Assembly (NCBI GenBank): GCA_964420015.1
Contig: CAYQPO010000002.1
Coordinates: 74,121 to 138,120 of the forward strand
Direction of reading: 5' to 3'
From: an uncultured Candidatus Saccharibacteria bacterium
GTDB taxonomy: Bacteria; Patescibacteriota; Minisyncoccia; Phycocordibacterales; SBAW01
DNA length: 64,000 bases
The translations under genes and the position numbers were made by a program. The notes beneath the pieces are model-generated. The model did not search any database and had not been told where the DNA came from. It worked only from the letters and a program-made list of their open reading frames with translations. Numbering within the stretch: the stretch's first letter is position 1; each line of letters begins with the position of its first letter. Of the stretch, positions 35,336 to 44,243 are shown one piece after another.

Positions 35336-38017
35336 ATGAAAAAACTTTGCGCTCCAGGCTTGCTGCTCGGCCTTGTATTTTTTGTGATACCTATCAGTGT
35401 AAGCGCAGCAACAGCTCCCGCGGGCTTTACTGTGCAGACCGTCGTCTCGGGCCTCTCGCTGCCAACCGACTTTGCGTTTGTACCCGATGGTAGAGTTTTT
35501 GTCGCCCAAAAAGGTGGCTCGGTGCGTGTGATAAAAAATGGCCTACTCTTGCCTACGCCGCTCATTACACTCCCCGACATAAACGACTTTGCCGACCGGG
35601 GATTGGAGTCTATTGTGCTCGACCCAAACTTTGCTCAAAACGGCTATCTCTATCTGGCGTATACGCATGAAAACACCCCGGGCCAAAACTACAGTGGCCC
35701 CAAAACAGGACGGATTGTGCGCGTGACCGTCTCGGGTGATAGTGCCAACGTGGCTAGCGAGGCAATAATCTTGGGCGCTGTTGGGGGCGACGCAGCACAC
35801 CCCAGCTGCCGCAATTTTGCCACCACCTCTGATTGCATCCCCAGCGATGCGAGCACGCACAGCATGGGCGACATGCATTTTGGGGTAGACGGCAAGCTCT
35901 ATGCCACGCTTGGCGACGGCGCAGGGTACCTCACGGTTGACCCACTCGCGCTTGATGCGCAAGACCCAAGCAGCCTTGGGGGCAAAATTGTGCGCATCAA
36001 CACCGATGGCACTGGTGTTGCCGACAACCCGTTTTGGAGTGGCAACGCGAACGACAACCGCTCCAAGGTTTGGACGCTGGGCCACCGCAATAGCTATCGC
36101 TTTACGTTTAGACCAAACGACCAAACCATTTTCTTTGGCGACGTGGGTTGGGCTACGTGGGAGGAGCTCGACGTTGGCGCCAAGGGCGCCAACTATGGCT
36201 GGCCCTGTCGTGAGGGCCACGTGGCGACCTCGTACAACTGCACCCCTTCGAGTGCCGCCACCGAACCGATCTATGTGTATGACCATTCTTCGGGTTCTGG
36301 TTCGGTGATCGGCGGCTCGTTTCCCAGTGCTTATTTTGCGGGCAATTACTTTTTTGGCGACTACTCTAACGACTACATCAAGCGCGTCGTGCTCAACCAA
36401 GACAACACCGTCGCTTCGGTCAATGACTTTATTACTGACGCAGGCGGCCCGGTGAATATTCAAACTGGCCCCGACGGTGTGCTCTACTACGTGGCAATCA
36501 ATGTTGGTGAGCTGCGCAAGGTAGTGGCGACAAGCGGCGGTGGGGGCACGGGCACGACCACCCCGAGCGCTGACCCGATGCCGCATCTCACTTCAGCCAC
36601 AATCACCAACAACCCCGCGCAAATAGGAGCGGCGCAGACGATTACCGCCAACGTGCACAACAGCGGCGGCTCAGGACCATTTATCGTCGACATTGAAGTG
36701 GTCAATCAAAATGCACCAACCACACTCCTCGCGCAAAAAGTATACGACGGCGCAACGCTCGCGACCGGAGCCGATGGCGGCTATACGTTTGATTGGACAC
36801 CGTCTGCCGTCGGCACCTACATTGTCAAAGTCGGATTGTTTAAAGAAAACTGGGCAGGCCTGTGGGAGTGGGACGAGCCTGCGATCAGTGTTGTAGTTAG
36901 CCAAACCGGTGGAGGCGGCGGTGGCACTGGCACCACAACATCCACAGCGCCCAATCCGCACTTTGTGCAGGCTGTTGTGAGCCCTGATACAGTGATCGGG
37001 CATCAAGAGACACTTACCACGACGGTGCGCAATGACGGAGGTGCAGCGCCGTTCATCGTCGACTTAGAGGTGGTCAAAACGAGCGCACCCACGACGCTCA
37101 TCAGCCAGCAAACGTACGAAAGTGCGACGCTTGCTCAAGGTGCAAGCGGCACCTATACGCTCCAGTGGTTGCCACCCTCGATTGGTGATTACTACTTGAA
37201 AGTAGGGCTTTTCAAACAAAACTGGGCGGGGTTGTGGGAGTGGACCGAGCAAGCGCTGCCGCTGCATGTGGTTGACCGCTCAGGCACAGGGGGCACGGGC
37301 ACTACCTCGAGTGCTGCCGCTCCACATTTGGTGAGCGTGGCGGCAAGCCCCACCAGTGCTGCGGTCGGGGTGCAGCAAACCCTCACCGCCTCGGTGCTCA
37401 ACCAAGGCGGCGCGCAACCCTTTTTGGCAGACCTTGAGATATATAACTCAAGTGGTACCAAAGTTGCGCAGCAGTTCTACGACAACACAACGCTCGCCTC
37501 AGGCGGCAGCGGGCAATATACATTGCAATGGACACCGAACGCCCCCGGGCAGTATGTGCTCAAGGTTGGCTTCTTTGCTCCTGCGTGGGGAGGCGTCACT
37601 GAGTGGAATGACCAAGCACTCACCATCCAGGTGGGCGGGACTACCAGTAGCGCGCAACCGATCTTTAGTGCGCACACAACGGTGAGTGCCGATTCGATAC
37701 GCACCAGTAGTTATGGAACCGCCGACTCGGTCGAGCATGTTGCCGTTGTGGTCACCAACTCTGGCGGCGCAGGCGATATGCTGCTAGATATTGAGATTAT
37801 CAAAGATCCTTACATCTTTGGGCAAGACGTAGTCAATAACGTCCACTTCAACGCGGGAGAGACCAAAACTTTTACCTACGACTTTCCCGTGCCGTATGAG
37901 GGGCAGTATGGAGTGACCTCGGCGGGCAACTATCATGTCGACGTGGGCGTGATGCACACCGACTGGAGTAGTCCATGGGTATGGTATAACTCTGCAGCCT
38001 CGTTTACGGCAAATTAG
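35336..38017 (+). CDS. Large secreted protein: PQQ-dependent sugar (glucose/sorbosone) dehydrogenase-like beta-propeller + four tandem CARDB-like ~120-aa repeats
   Basis: Signal peptide, then GSDH-family motifs (LPTDFAFVPDGRVFVAQKGGSVRV, DRGLESIVLDPNFAQNGYLYLAYT). Four repeats follow with a GGTGTT spacer and conserved ...HNSGGSGPFIVDIEV...YTFDWTP..GTYIVKVGLFKENWAGLWEWDE. Confidence 0.75.
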   Translation: MKKLCAPGLLLGLVFFVIPISVSAATAPAGFTVQTVVSGLSLPTDFAFVPDGRVFVAQKGGSVRVIKNGLLLPTPLITLPDINDFADRGLESIVLDPNFAQNGYLYLAYTHENTPGQNYSGPKTGRIVRVTVSGDSANVASEAIILGAVGGDAAHPSCRNFATTSDCIPSDASTHSMGDMHFGVDGKLYATLGDGAGYLTVDPLALDAQDPSSLGGKIVRINTDGTGVADNPFWSGNANDNRSKVWTLGHRNSYRFTFRPNDQTIFFGDVGWATWEELDVGAKGANYGWPCREGHVATSYNCTPSSAATEPIYVYDHSSGSGSVIGGSFPSAYFAGNYFFGDYSNDYIKRVVLNQDNTVASVNDFITDAGGPVNIQTGPDGVLYYVAINVGELRKVVATSGGGGTGTTTPSADPMPHLTSATITNNPAQIGAAQTITANVHNSGGSGPFIVDIEVVNQNAPTTLLAQKVYDGATLATGADGGYTFDWTPSAVGTYIVKVGLFKENWAGLWEWDEPAISVVVSQTGGGGGGTGTTTSTAPNPHFVQAVVSPDTVIGHQETLTTTVRNDGGAAPFIVDLEVVKTSAPTTLISQQTYESATLAQGASGTYTLQWLPPSIGDYYLKVGLFKQNWAGLWEWTEQALPLHVVDRSGTGGTGTTSSAAAPHLVSVAASPTSAAVGVQQTLTASVLNQGGAQPFLADLEIYNSSGTKVAQQFYDNTTLASGGSGQYTLQWTPNAPGQYVLKVGFFAPAWGGVTEWNDQALTIQVGGTTSSAQPIFSAHTTVSADSIRTSSYGTADSVEHVAVVVTNSGGAGDMLLDIEIIKDPYIFGQDVVNNVHFNAGETKTFTYDFPVPYEGQYGVTSAGNYHVDVGVMHTDWSSPWVWYNSAASFTAN
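36537..38014 (+). repeat. Intragenic tandem repeats (~360-380 nt x4) encoding the CARDB-like domains
   Basis: Periodic protein repeats beginning near nt 36537, 36907, 37285 and 37645. They are coding, not CRISPR. Confidence 0.7.
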
Positions 38018-38029
38018 TGTCGTGTGCTC

Positions 38030-38068
38030 AAGAAAAGCGGCGCCTCAATTGAGGCGCCGCTTTTGCAT
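38030..38068. terminator. Bidirectional terminator between convergent genes
   Basis: aaaagcggcgcctc-aatt-gaggcgccgctttt is a perfect 14-bp stem flanked by A/T runs. Confidence 0.65.
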
Positions 38069-38080
38069 CAACCTTTTAGC

Positions 38081-38458
38081 CTAGCCCCTGGCCCGCACAA
38101 TGTTGCGGACTGGCTTTTGCAGGCAGTGGTTCTCAGCGAGCCGCTGCTGTTTGACCCACTGGGGCGTGTTGCCCCATTGGTCGCCCGGGTAGCTTGCGTT
38201 GCGGATATCATCGCACGTGGCTTTGACGGCACCGATCCCGCAGAGGCCCGGATGCTTCAACTCACCTAAGAACGCCACCGCAACGAAGATGCCCGCGACA
38301 CACAGGATCATGCCTCCGACAACCCCCGCACCAACACCACCGCCACCGTGGACCGCCGGAGGCTGAGGCGGCGGCGGGGACGGGTGGGCGTAAGACTGCC
38401 CGGCTAGAGCAACGAACATGAGCCCCGCGCAAGCGGTGGCAAGTACTTTTCTTTTCAT
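38081..38458 (-). CDS. Secreted Pro/Gly-rich hypothetical protein with C-terminal TM
   Basis: Signal peptide MKRKVLATACAGLMFVALAGQSYA. Confidence 0.5.
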   Translation of the reverse strand: MKRKVLATACAGLMFVALAGQSYAHPSPPPPQPPAVHGGGGVGAGVVGGMILCVAGIFVAVAFLGELKHPGLCGIGAVKATCDDIRNASYPGDQWGNTPQWVKQQRLAENHCLQKPVRNIVRARG

Positions 38459-38562
38459 CGACGACTCCTCTTGGTCGAAGGATGCCTATTGTCCTTCTAG
38501 AAAAGAGTATGGCTGAGCCGGTGTGTAGTGCGGGTGAAGTCGAGCTTGACGCACATGATAGA

Positions 38563-38961
38563 ATGGCAGACATGGAATACACTGACGAAGAGCTCCGAAA
38601 AAAGCTCACCCCTGAGCAGTACGCAGTCTTGCGGCAGAAGGGGACTGAAGCTCCGTTTAGCGGCAAGCTCTTGCACGAAGACCGCGACGGCATGTTCAAA
38701 TGTGCGGTGTGTGGCACGCCGCTGTTTAGTTCGGATGCCAAGTTCGACTCGGGCACTGGCTGGCCGAGTTTCGACCAAGCGCTTCCCGGTGCGGTCAAGT
38801 ATATAGACGACAACGCTCACGGCATGCATCGCACCGAAGTAGTGTGCGCGCAGTGTGGCAGCCACTTGGGCCACGTGTTTAACGACGGGCCGACCAAGAC
38901 TGGCATGCGCTACTGCCTCAACTCGGTGTGCTTGGAGTTTGGCGAAGGAGAAAAAAAGTAA
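38563..38961 (+). CDS. msrB: Peptide-methionine (R)-S-oxide reductase MsrB
   Basis: Two CxxC zinc motifs (CAVCGTPLF, CAQCGSHLGHVF) and the catalytic RYCLNSVCL. Confidence 0.85.
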   Translation: MADMEYTDEELRKKLTPEQYAVLRQKGTEAPFSGKLLHEDRDGMFKCAVCGTPLFSSDAKFDSGTGWPSFDQALPGAVKYIDDNAHGMHRTEVVCAQCGSHLGHVFNDGPTKTGMRYCLNSVCLEFGEGEKK

Positions 38962-38978
38962 CGCGGTATACTGAGCTC

Positions 38979-40013
38979 ATGCGTCGCTCTTTTGTGTATG
39001 CAGCAAGTGCACTTTTCTTGCTGGTACCCGTGGTTGCAAGTGCGCATGAGGTGTATGTGCTCTCTGCGCAGGACATTGCTACCGATATCGTCGCGCCTCC
39101 GTTTGATATGCTTTCGGTGGCAAAAGAAAACCTCATGAGTGTATTTTTTTGGGGTTTTGTTGCAGCACTCACTTTGTTTGTAGTTTTTTGGTTCTCCACC
39201 ATACGGCGCTTTGAGCGTGAGACCGCCGGTTTTTTGCGCCGTCTGCGGCCCTATGCCCCCGACATTGCACGCATCACGCTTGGGGTGGCGCTCTTAGCCG
39301 GGGCGTTTTACCAGGCAACTTATGGCCCAGAACTCCCCATGGCCCCTGCGTTTGGGGCCTTTGTCCCCCTGGTGCAGCTGCTGTTTTTGGTGATGGCGGT
39401 GTGCATTATTTTTGGGTTTTATGTGCGCGCAATGGCGCTCATTGGGCTTTTGTTTTTTGCCTACGCCACGTATCGCAATGGGGTATACATGCTCACCTAT
39501 ACCAACTATCTGGGCGAGCTTCTGGTGCTCCTTATCTTGGGTATGCATAAAAGTACCAAACGCTATCACCATATGCTTAGCTTTTTGCAGCAGCGCTTGG
39601 AACCCTACGCATTTGTAATTTTGCGTGCCTGTTTTGGCGTCTCGCTGTTGTATGCGGCACTCTATGCCAAAATTTGGCATAATTTACTGGCGCTCCAGGT
39701 TGCTGCAGACCCACTTGCTGACCACCTCTTTGGGGTCGCCTATTATCTCCACTTTGAACCGCACTTTTTGGTGTTGGGTGCGGCAATCATCGAGATCTTA
39801 CTTGCGCTGCTGTTTATTTTCGGCCTGGAAATACGTTTTACCGCTCTCTTTTTGGAGTTTTGGCTTACGCTTTCATTATTTTATTTCGGTGAGGTAGTTT
39901 GGCCGCACCTTATCTTGATCGGTATTCCGATTGCGTTTATGTGCTATGGCTACGATCAGTACTCGCTTGAAGGGCGCTTCTTTAAAAAGCGCTCGCTCGA
40001 ACCTGTGCTATAG
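38979..40013 (+). CDS. Polytopic membrane protein with signal peptide (unknown family), immediately downstream of msrB
   Basis: Signal MRRSFVYAASALFLLVPVVASA followed by ~8 TM segments. Confidence 0.5.
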   Translation: MRRSFVYAASALFLLVPVVASAHEVYVLSAQDIATDIVAPPFDMLSVAKENLMSVFFWGFVAALTLFVVFWFSTIRRFERETAGFLRRLRPYAPDIARITLGVALLAGAFYQATYGPELPMAPAFGAFVPLVQLLFLVMAVCIIFGFYVRAMALIGLLFFAYATYRNGVYMLTYTNYLGELLVLLILGMHKSTKRYHHMLSFLQQRLEPYAFVILRACFGVSLLYAALYAKIWHNLLALQVAADPLADHLFGVAYYLHFEPHFLVLGAAIIEILLALLFIFGLEIRFTALFLEFWLTLSLFYFGEVVWPHLILIGIPIAFMCYGYDQYSLEGRFFKKRSLEPVL

Positions 40014-40022
40014 TCCCACACC

Positions 40023-40742
40023 ATGACACTTCTTTTTATAGCCTTGGCTGCGGCACTCGCCACAATGCTTGGCGGCATGCTCGCGCTTCGGCTGAGTGAC
40101 AGGCTCCACCTTATTTTGGGCTTTAGTGCAGGCGCGGTGATCGCGGTGGCATTTTTTGACCTCTTGCCCGAGGCGTTTGACTTAGGCACAACCACCTTTG
40201 GCGTGCACACACTGACCACGTTCGTTGCGTTCGGGTTTTTGGCATACCTTGCGCTCGACCGCTTGCTCCTGTTGCATACGCACACACACGAGCTAGAAGA
40301 TGATCATGCGCGCGGACATGCCCGGGCCGGTTCGCTCTCAGTCCACAGCTTTCTCGATGGGGTTGGTATTGGTTTGGCATTTCAGGTAAATGTGGTTGTC
40401 GGTGGCGTAGTTGCTGCAGCAGTGCTCGCGCACGACTTCTCAGACGGTATCAATACGGTAAGTGCGTTTATGCGCGGTGGCGGCTCGCGCAAAGGCGCTT
40501 TGGGCTGGCTTACAATCGACGCCCTCGCACCCATTGTAGGGGTGGTACTCACGCTGTTTATTTCTGTCAGTGATGCAACTCTGGGGCTTTTGCTCGCACT
40601 TTTTGCGGGGTTCTTCCTCTACATTGGTGCGTCGGACCTTATCCCAGAGTCACACCACAAGCACCCCACTTTTTGGACTACTGCCGCGACGCTCTTGGGC
40701 GCAGCGGTCTTATTTGCCGTTATTCGTCTCGCAAATCTCTAA
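40023..40742 (+). CDS. zupT: ZIP family metal transporter ZupT
   Basis: HTHTHELEDDHARGHA loop and conserved TM motifs (HSFLDGVGIG, HDFSDG). Confidence 0.85.
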   Translation: MTLLFIALAAALATMLGGMLALRLSDRLHLILGFSAGAVIAVAFFDLLPEAFDLGTTTFGVHTLTTFVAFGFLAYLALDRLLLLHTHTHELEDDHARGHARAGSLSVHSFLDGVGIGLAFQVNVVVGGVVAAAVLAHDFSDGINTVSAFMRGGGSRKGALGWLTIDALAPIVGVVLTLFISVSDATLGLLLALFAGFFLYIGASDLIPESHHKHPTFWTTAATLLGAAVLFAVIRLANL

Positions 40743-40760
40743 CTCTGCAGTGGTATACTG

Positions 40761-40997
40761 ATGCGTATGCAAGAGCCCTTCGATACTACTCAGGCCGGGC
40801 AGCTTGATCGCATTGAGATAAAGCTCGCCGAACTCGAGGGCAAGATCGACGCGATCTTTCAGTCGACCGAAAAGATGCGCAAATACTTTCTGTGGGCGCT
40901 CATCATCACGCTCGCGGCGATTATCATTCCGCTCCTCATTTTGCCCGCGGTTATCCCGTCATTTTTAGCCTCGCAAGGGGTAGGGGTTGGATTTTAG
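40761..40997 (+). CDS. Small membrane protein (78 aa), hypothetical
   Basis: N-terminal soluble segment with a single C-terminal TM. Confidence 0.4.
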   Translation: MRMQEPFDTTQAGQLDRIEIKLAELEGKIDAIFQSTEKMRKYFLWALIITLAAIIIPLLILPAVIPSFLASQGVGVGF

Positions 40998-41085
40998 AGG
41001 GCGCTTGAAAAGCTTTAAAAGCTGTTGTAAGATACGCCTTAGCTGTTCGAAATCCTCATATTTATCAACCTTTTTTGACTACTGT

Positions 41086-42003
41086 ATGTCGTACTCGAAA
41101 CTCGTCGGGTTTTCTGCCCTTGTGTTTGCTGTTGGCCTTGTCCTCTCTCCCTTGTTTGTCTCTGCCCAAAATACAACAGGGCTTTTGAACGTGTACGTCC
41201 AAGTTCTCAACCCCGACCAAGCCAACTTTAGTTCTGCTGACTTTACCGCAAGCGTTGGCGGTTCTTTGGCGACGCCTCCGACCTTCCCCGGCTCGATCAA
41301 CGGCACGTTGGTAACGCTCAACCCAGGTTCATACTCTGTTGGCCTTACCGGCAATAGCTATGGTTTTAGCCCAAGCTACTCGCAGGGCTGCAGCGGCACG
41401 ATTGGCGCAGGTCAAAATGCGCTGTGCGTAATCACCCTCACGCGCTATGGCACCTACTATCCAACGCCAATTGCGCAGTATTATTACTACCGCCCGCAGC
41501 TCACCTGCGCGCCACAAAACCAAAACGTTCCGCTTAATGGTCAGGCGACCTTTGTTGCACAAAATGGAGTTGGGGGAACGTATAACTGGTCAGTCAATGG
41601 CCACGTATATGCCAACCAAGGCCCAACATTTACTGCTCTGATCGACTATCCAGGCTCGAGCTCGGTTACGGTGACCAATGCCGACCAAACTGCAACTTGC
41701 AATGTCTCGACCACGAACGGCTACTACGGCACATACCCCACCACTCCGGCCTACCCCCTCTATCCGTCGCAGACCTACAACTACTACGGCAATGGTGGCT
41801 ACACTAGCTATCCGTCTAGCTACGGTACCTATCCGACGAACATTGCGCCTACCGTAACCTACACGAGTTACCCGACGCTCCCGAACACGGGCTTTGAGCC
41901 AACCAATGGCGCACAAATGGCCTTTGCGGTGGTATTGCTGATCGGCGCCTTTGTGGCAAGCTACCCGTATGTCCGAAAAGCCTTTGCTCTGGCACTCCGT
42001 TAA
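41086..42003 (+). CDS. Sortase-substrate surface protein with C-terminal LPNTG sorting signal
   Basis: Signal peptide MSYSKLVGFSALVFAVGLVL. The C-terminus YPTLPNTGFEPTNGAQMAFAVVLLIGAFVASYPYVRKAF is LPxTG followed by a hydrophobic stretch and a basic tail. Confidence 0.7.
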   Translation: MSYSKLVGFSALVFAVGLVLSPLFVSAQNTTGLLNVYVQVLNPDQANFSSADFTASVGGSLATPPTFPGSINGTLVTLNPGSYSVGLTGNSYGFSPSYSQGCSGTIGAGQNALCVITLTRYGTYYPTPIAQYYYYRPQLTCAPQNQNVPLNGQATFVAQNGVGGTYNWSVNGHVYANQGPTFTALIDYPGSSSVTVTNADQTATCNVSTTNGYYGTYPTTPAYPLYPSQTYNYYGNGGYTSYPSSYGTYPTNIAPTVTYTSYPTLPNTGFEPTNGAQMAFAVVLLIGAFVASYPYVRKAFALALR

Positions 42004-42658
42004 TCCGACGGCCACGAAGCCTCGTCGCTTTGCGCATCACTATGTGCGCTTCGGCGCTTTGGCTGTGGGGTTGGTCTGCGTGCTGATAGGCGCAGCCGAT
42101 GTAGCTACACGAATTTCGGAGGGGACGTTTGGCACTGACGCTGCGTTTATAGCTTTCGCACCCGCCGCGGCCCTCGACAACAGTGCACTACTTGCTTCTT
42201 CAACCAAAAGTGGCGCGCTCATTCCCGCAGTCCTTACAATCCCCTCGATTGGGGTTAAGGCGCATGTGGAATTTGTGGGCAAAAAAACAGACGGTTCTAT
42301 GGGGACGCCACAAAATTTTATGGACGTTGCCTGGTACTCACTTGGGGCTAAACTCGGCGAGCCAGGGAGTGTGGTGTTTGATGGGCATGTCAACAACGCG
42401 CTCACGCAAGCGGGGGCGTTTGCCGATCTCTCTAAAGTAGAGCAAGGTGCTTACATAAGCATTGCTGACGCACAAGGCAAAACGCGTGTCTACCGGGTGA
42501 GCGAGATCAATCTCCTCGACCCCGAGGCCGATACCACCTCACTTTTTGCTACCACAGGCCCCGAACAGGTGGTGCTTATTACCTGCGATGGGGAATGGCT
42601 CAAAGATGAACACCAATTTAGCAAGCGCTTGGTAGTAGTTGCCAAACCAGCCTACTAA
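41951..42658 (+). CDS. Sortase (class A/E-like transpeptidase); start uncertain (41951-42043)
   Basis: N-terminal TM and the catalytic motif VVLITCDG (TLxTC), with a His in VFDGHVNN. Confidence 0.8.
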   Translation: MWQATRMSEKPLLWHSVNPTATKPRRFAHHYVRFGALAVGLVCVLIGAADVATRISEGTFGTDAAFIAFAPAAALDNSALLASSTKSGALIPAVLTIPSIGVKAHVEFVGKKTDGSMGTPQNFMDVAWYSLGAKLGEPGSVVFDGHVNNALTQAGAFADLSKVEQGAYISIADAQGKTRVYRVSEINLLDPEADTTSLFATTGPEQVVLITCDGEWLKDEHQFSKRLVVVAKPAY

Positions 42659-42758
42659 TGCTACCCTAAGGGCGTTCAAGTAAGTCTCCGTTGCCATTGG
42701 TTTGGTCAAACGTGAGGGTCGCCTTACTACAGAACTAAGTAGTAGAATCTCGTAATCA

Positions 42759-43007
42759 ATGGCACGCAAACTCTTTGTCGGCGGTCTTCCGTACCGCACG
42801 ACGGGTGATGAGCTCCGTGACGCCTTTGCCAAAGCTGGCACAGTCGAAACGGCTTCCATCGTGACTGATCGCGAGACCGGTCGCTCCCGAGGCTTCGGCT
42901 TCGTGGAGATGGCGGATGCTGACGCTGATAGTGCTATTGCCATGTGGAATGGCAAGGAATTCGGCGGTCGCATGCTCACGGTCTCCGACGCTCGCCCGAA
43001 AGCGTAA
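42759..43007 (+). CDS. RRM-domain RNA-binding protein
   Basis: RNP2 KLFVGGL and RNP1 RGFGFVEM. Confidence 0.85.
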   Translation: MARKLFVGGLPYRTTGDELRDAFAKAGTVETASIVTDRETGRSRGFGFVEMADADADSAIAMWNGKEFGGRMLTVSDARPKA

Positions 43008-43082
43008 AACCTTTTGGACTGAAACAAAACATCCGCCCCGCGCCTCAAAACGCAGAGCGGATTTTTTGTTTTACAATTACCC

Positions 43083-43904
43083 TTGATGCGCAAGAGCCAA
43101 AAAGAAAAACTCGAGGCCTTGGTGATGGAGGCCCGCCGGCACTATTTCGAAGAGGGGAGAGACTTCCTGCCCTGGCGCGCCACGCGTGATCCGTACAAAA
43201 TTTTAATCAGCGAGGTAATGCTCCAACAAACACAGGTCGACCGCGTAATCCCGTATTACAAAAAATTTGTTCGCACCTATCCAACAGCTGCAGTCTTGGC
43301 CCGAGTGTCGTTTAAAAATGTGCTCTCGCACTGGCAGGGCTTGGGCTACAATCGTCGGGCGAAGTATTTGCAAAGCGCAGCAAAGATCCTTGTCAAAAAG
43401 GGCTTCCCTAAAAAAGTGGAGGAGATAGAAGAACTCCCTGGGGTAGGCCCCTATACCGCGCGTGCGATCGCCGCGTTTGCGTACAACCAACCAACGGTGT
43501 TTGTGGAGACCAACATCCGCACCGTCTTCTTTTATCATCTGGGCACGCGCGGAAAGTTCTCAGACGAGCAGCTGCTTCCATTAGTCAAGTACGCGCTTGA
43601 AAACTCTGGCCTCGACCCGCGCGAGTTTTATGCGGCGATGATGGACTACGGCACGTATTTGAAAGCCAAAGGCATTAAGCTCAACCACAAGAGCGCGCAC
43701 TATGTGAAGCAAAAACCATTTAAGGGGAGCGCTCGAGAGCTTAGAGGTGCGATTGTACGTGAGCTGCTTATCCATCGTGCAACACTTTCGACGCTTAGCC
43801 ACCACATCCCGCGCTCTAAAGAGGAGCTCGTTGGCGAACTTGCGCGCCTTGCTGCCGAAGGGCTCATTACGCTCCATGGTAGATATTTTGAGATTAAAAC
43901 GTAA
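43083..43904 (+). CDS. HhH-GPD family DNA glycosylase (Nth/MutY-like) lacking the C-terminal 4Fe-4S Cys cluster
   Basis: EVMLQQTQV, HhH LPGVGPYTARAIAAFAY, catalytic region VETNIRTV. The C-terminus contains no Cys. Confidence 0.75.
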   Translation: MMRKSQKEKLEALVMEARRHYFEEGRDFLPWRATRDPYKILISEVMLQQTQVDRVIPYYKKFVRTYPTAAVLARVSFKNVLSHWQGLGYNRRAKYLQSAAKILVKKGFPKKVEEIEELPGVGPYTARAIAAFAYNQPTVFVETNIRTVFFYHLGTRGKFSDEQLLPLVKYALENSGLDPREFYAAMMDYGTYLKAKGIKLNHKSAHYVKQKPFKGSARELRGAIVRELLIHRATLSTLSHHIPRSKEELVGELARLAAEGLITLHGRYFEIKT

Positions 43905-43907
43905 CAA

Positions 43908-43936
43908 CCCCTCCCGCAGGAGCGGGAGGGGTTTAT
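43908..43936. terminator. Bidirectional terminator
   Basis: cccctcccgc-agga-gcgggagggg followed by tttatt. Confidence 0.6.
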
Positions 43937-43977
43937 TGTGTTTGCTTTGCGCCAGTTACGCGGCTACCAGCTAGCTG

Positions 43978-44199
43978 TCAGCGCCATTTCGAGGACAGTT
44001 TGCCCTCGCGCACCTGTATCTCAGCTTTGCGGTACACCGGTTGTGGTCTTTTTGTATAACACAGCGGTGCAGAAGCAATCCTTAGGCTCTCGAAGTACGG
44101 ATCCTTCGGCTTGTGGTGGCTCTGGATCTCAAAGGAACCGGGTCCAAAATTTACGGCTGAAGCCTCGCCGCCGCATTCAGGACAGATGACGACGATCAT
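43978..44199 (-). CDS. Small zinc-ribbon protein (73 aa) downstream of RNase J
   Basis: MIVVICPECGGEASA...APLCYTKRP contains a CPxCG motif. It lies 45 nt after the rnj stop. Confidence 0.4.
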   Translation of the reverse strand: MIVVICPECGGEASAVNFGPGSFEIQSHHKPKDPYFESLRIASAPLCYTKRPQPVYRKAEIQVREGKLSSKWR

Positions 44200-44243
44200 C
44201 TTGACGACTCCCGTTGCTGTTTCCCAAAGATTTTATAGCACAC

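Noticed and set aside
35543-36586. 347-aa minus-strand ORF inside the large secreted protein gene
   Set aside because: It is a shadow ORF in GC-rich coding sequence. The sense strand encodes a coherent GSDH propeller.
36537-38014. Tandem repeats as a possible CRISPR array
   Set aside because: Repeat units are ~360 nt, imperfect and in-frame coding (CARDB-like domains). There is no short repeat/spacer periodicity and there are no cas genes.
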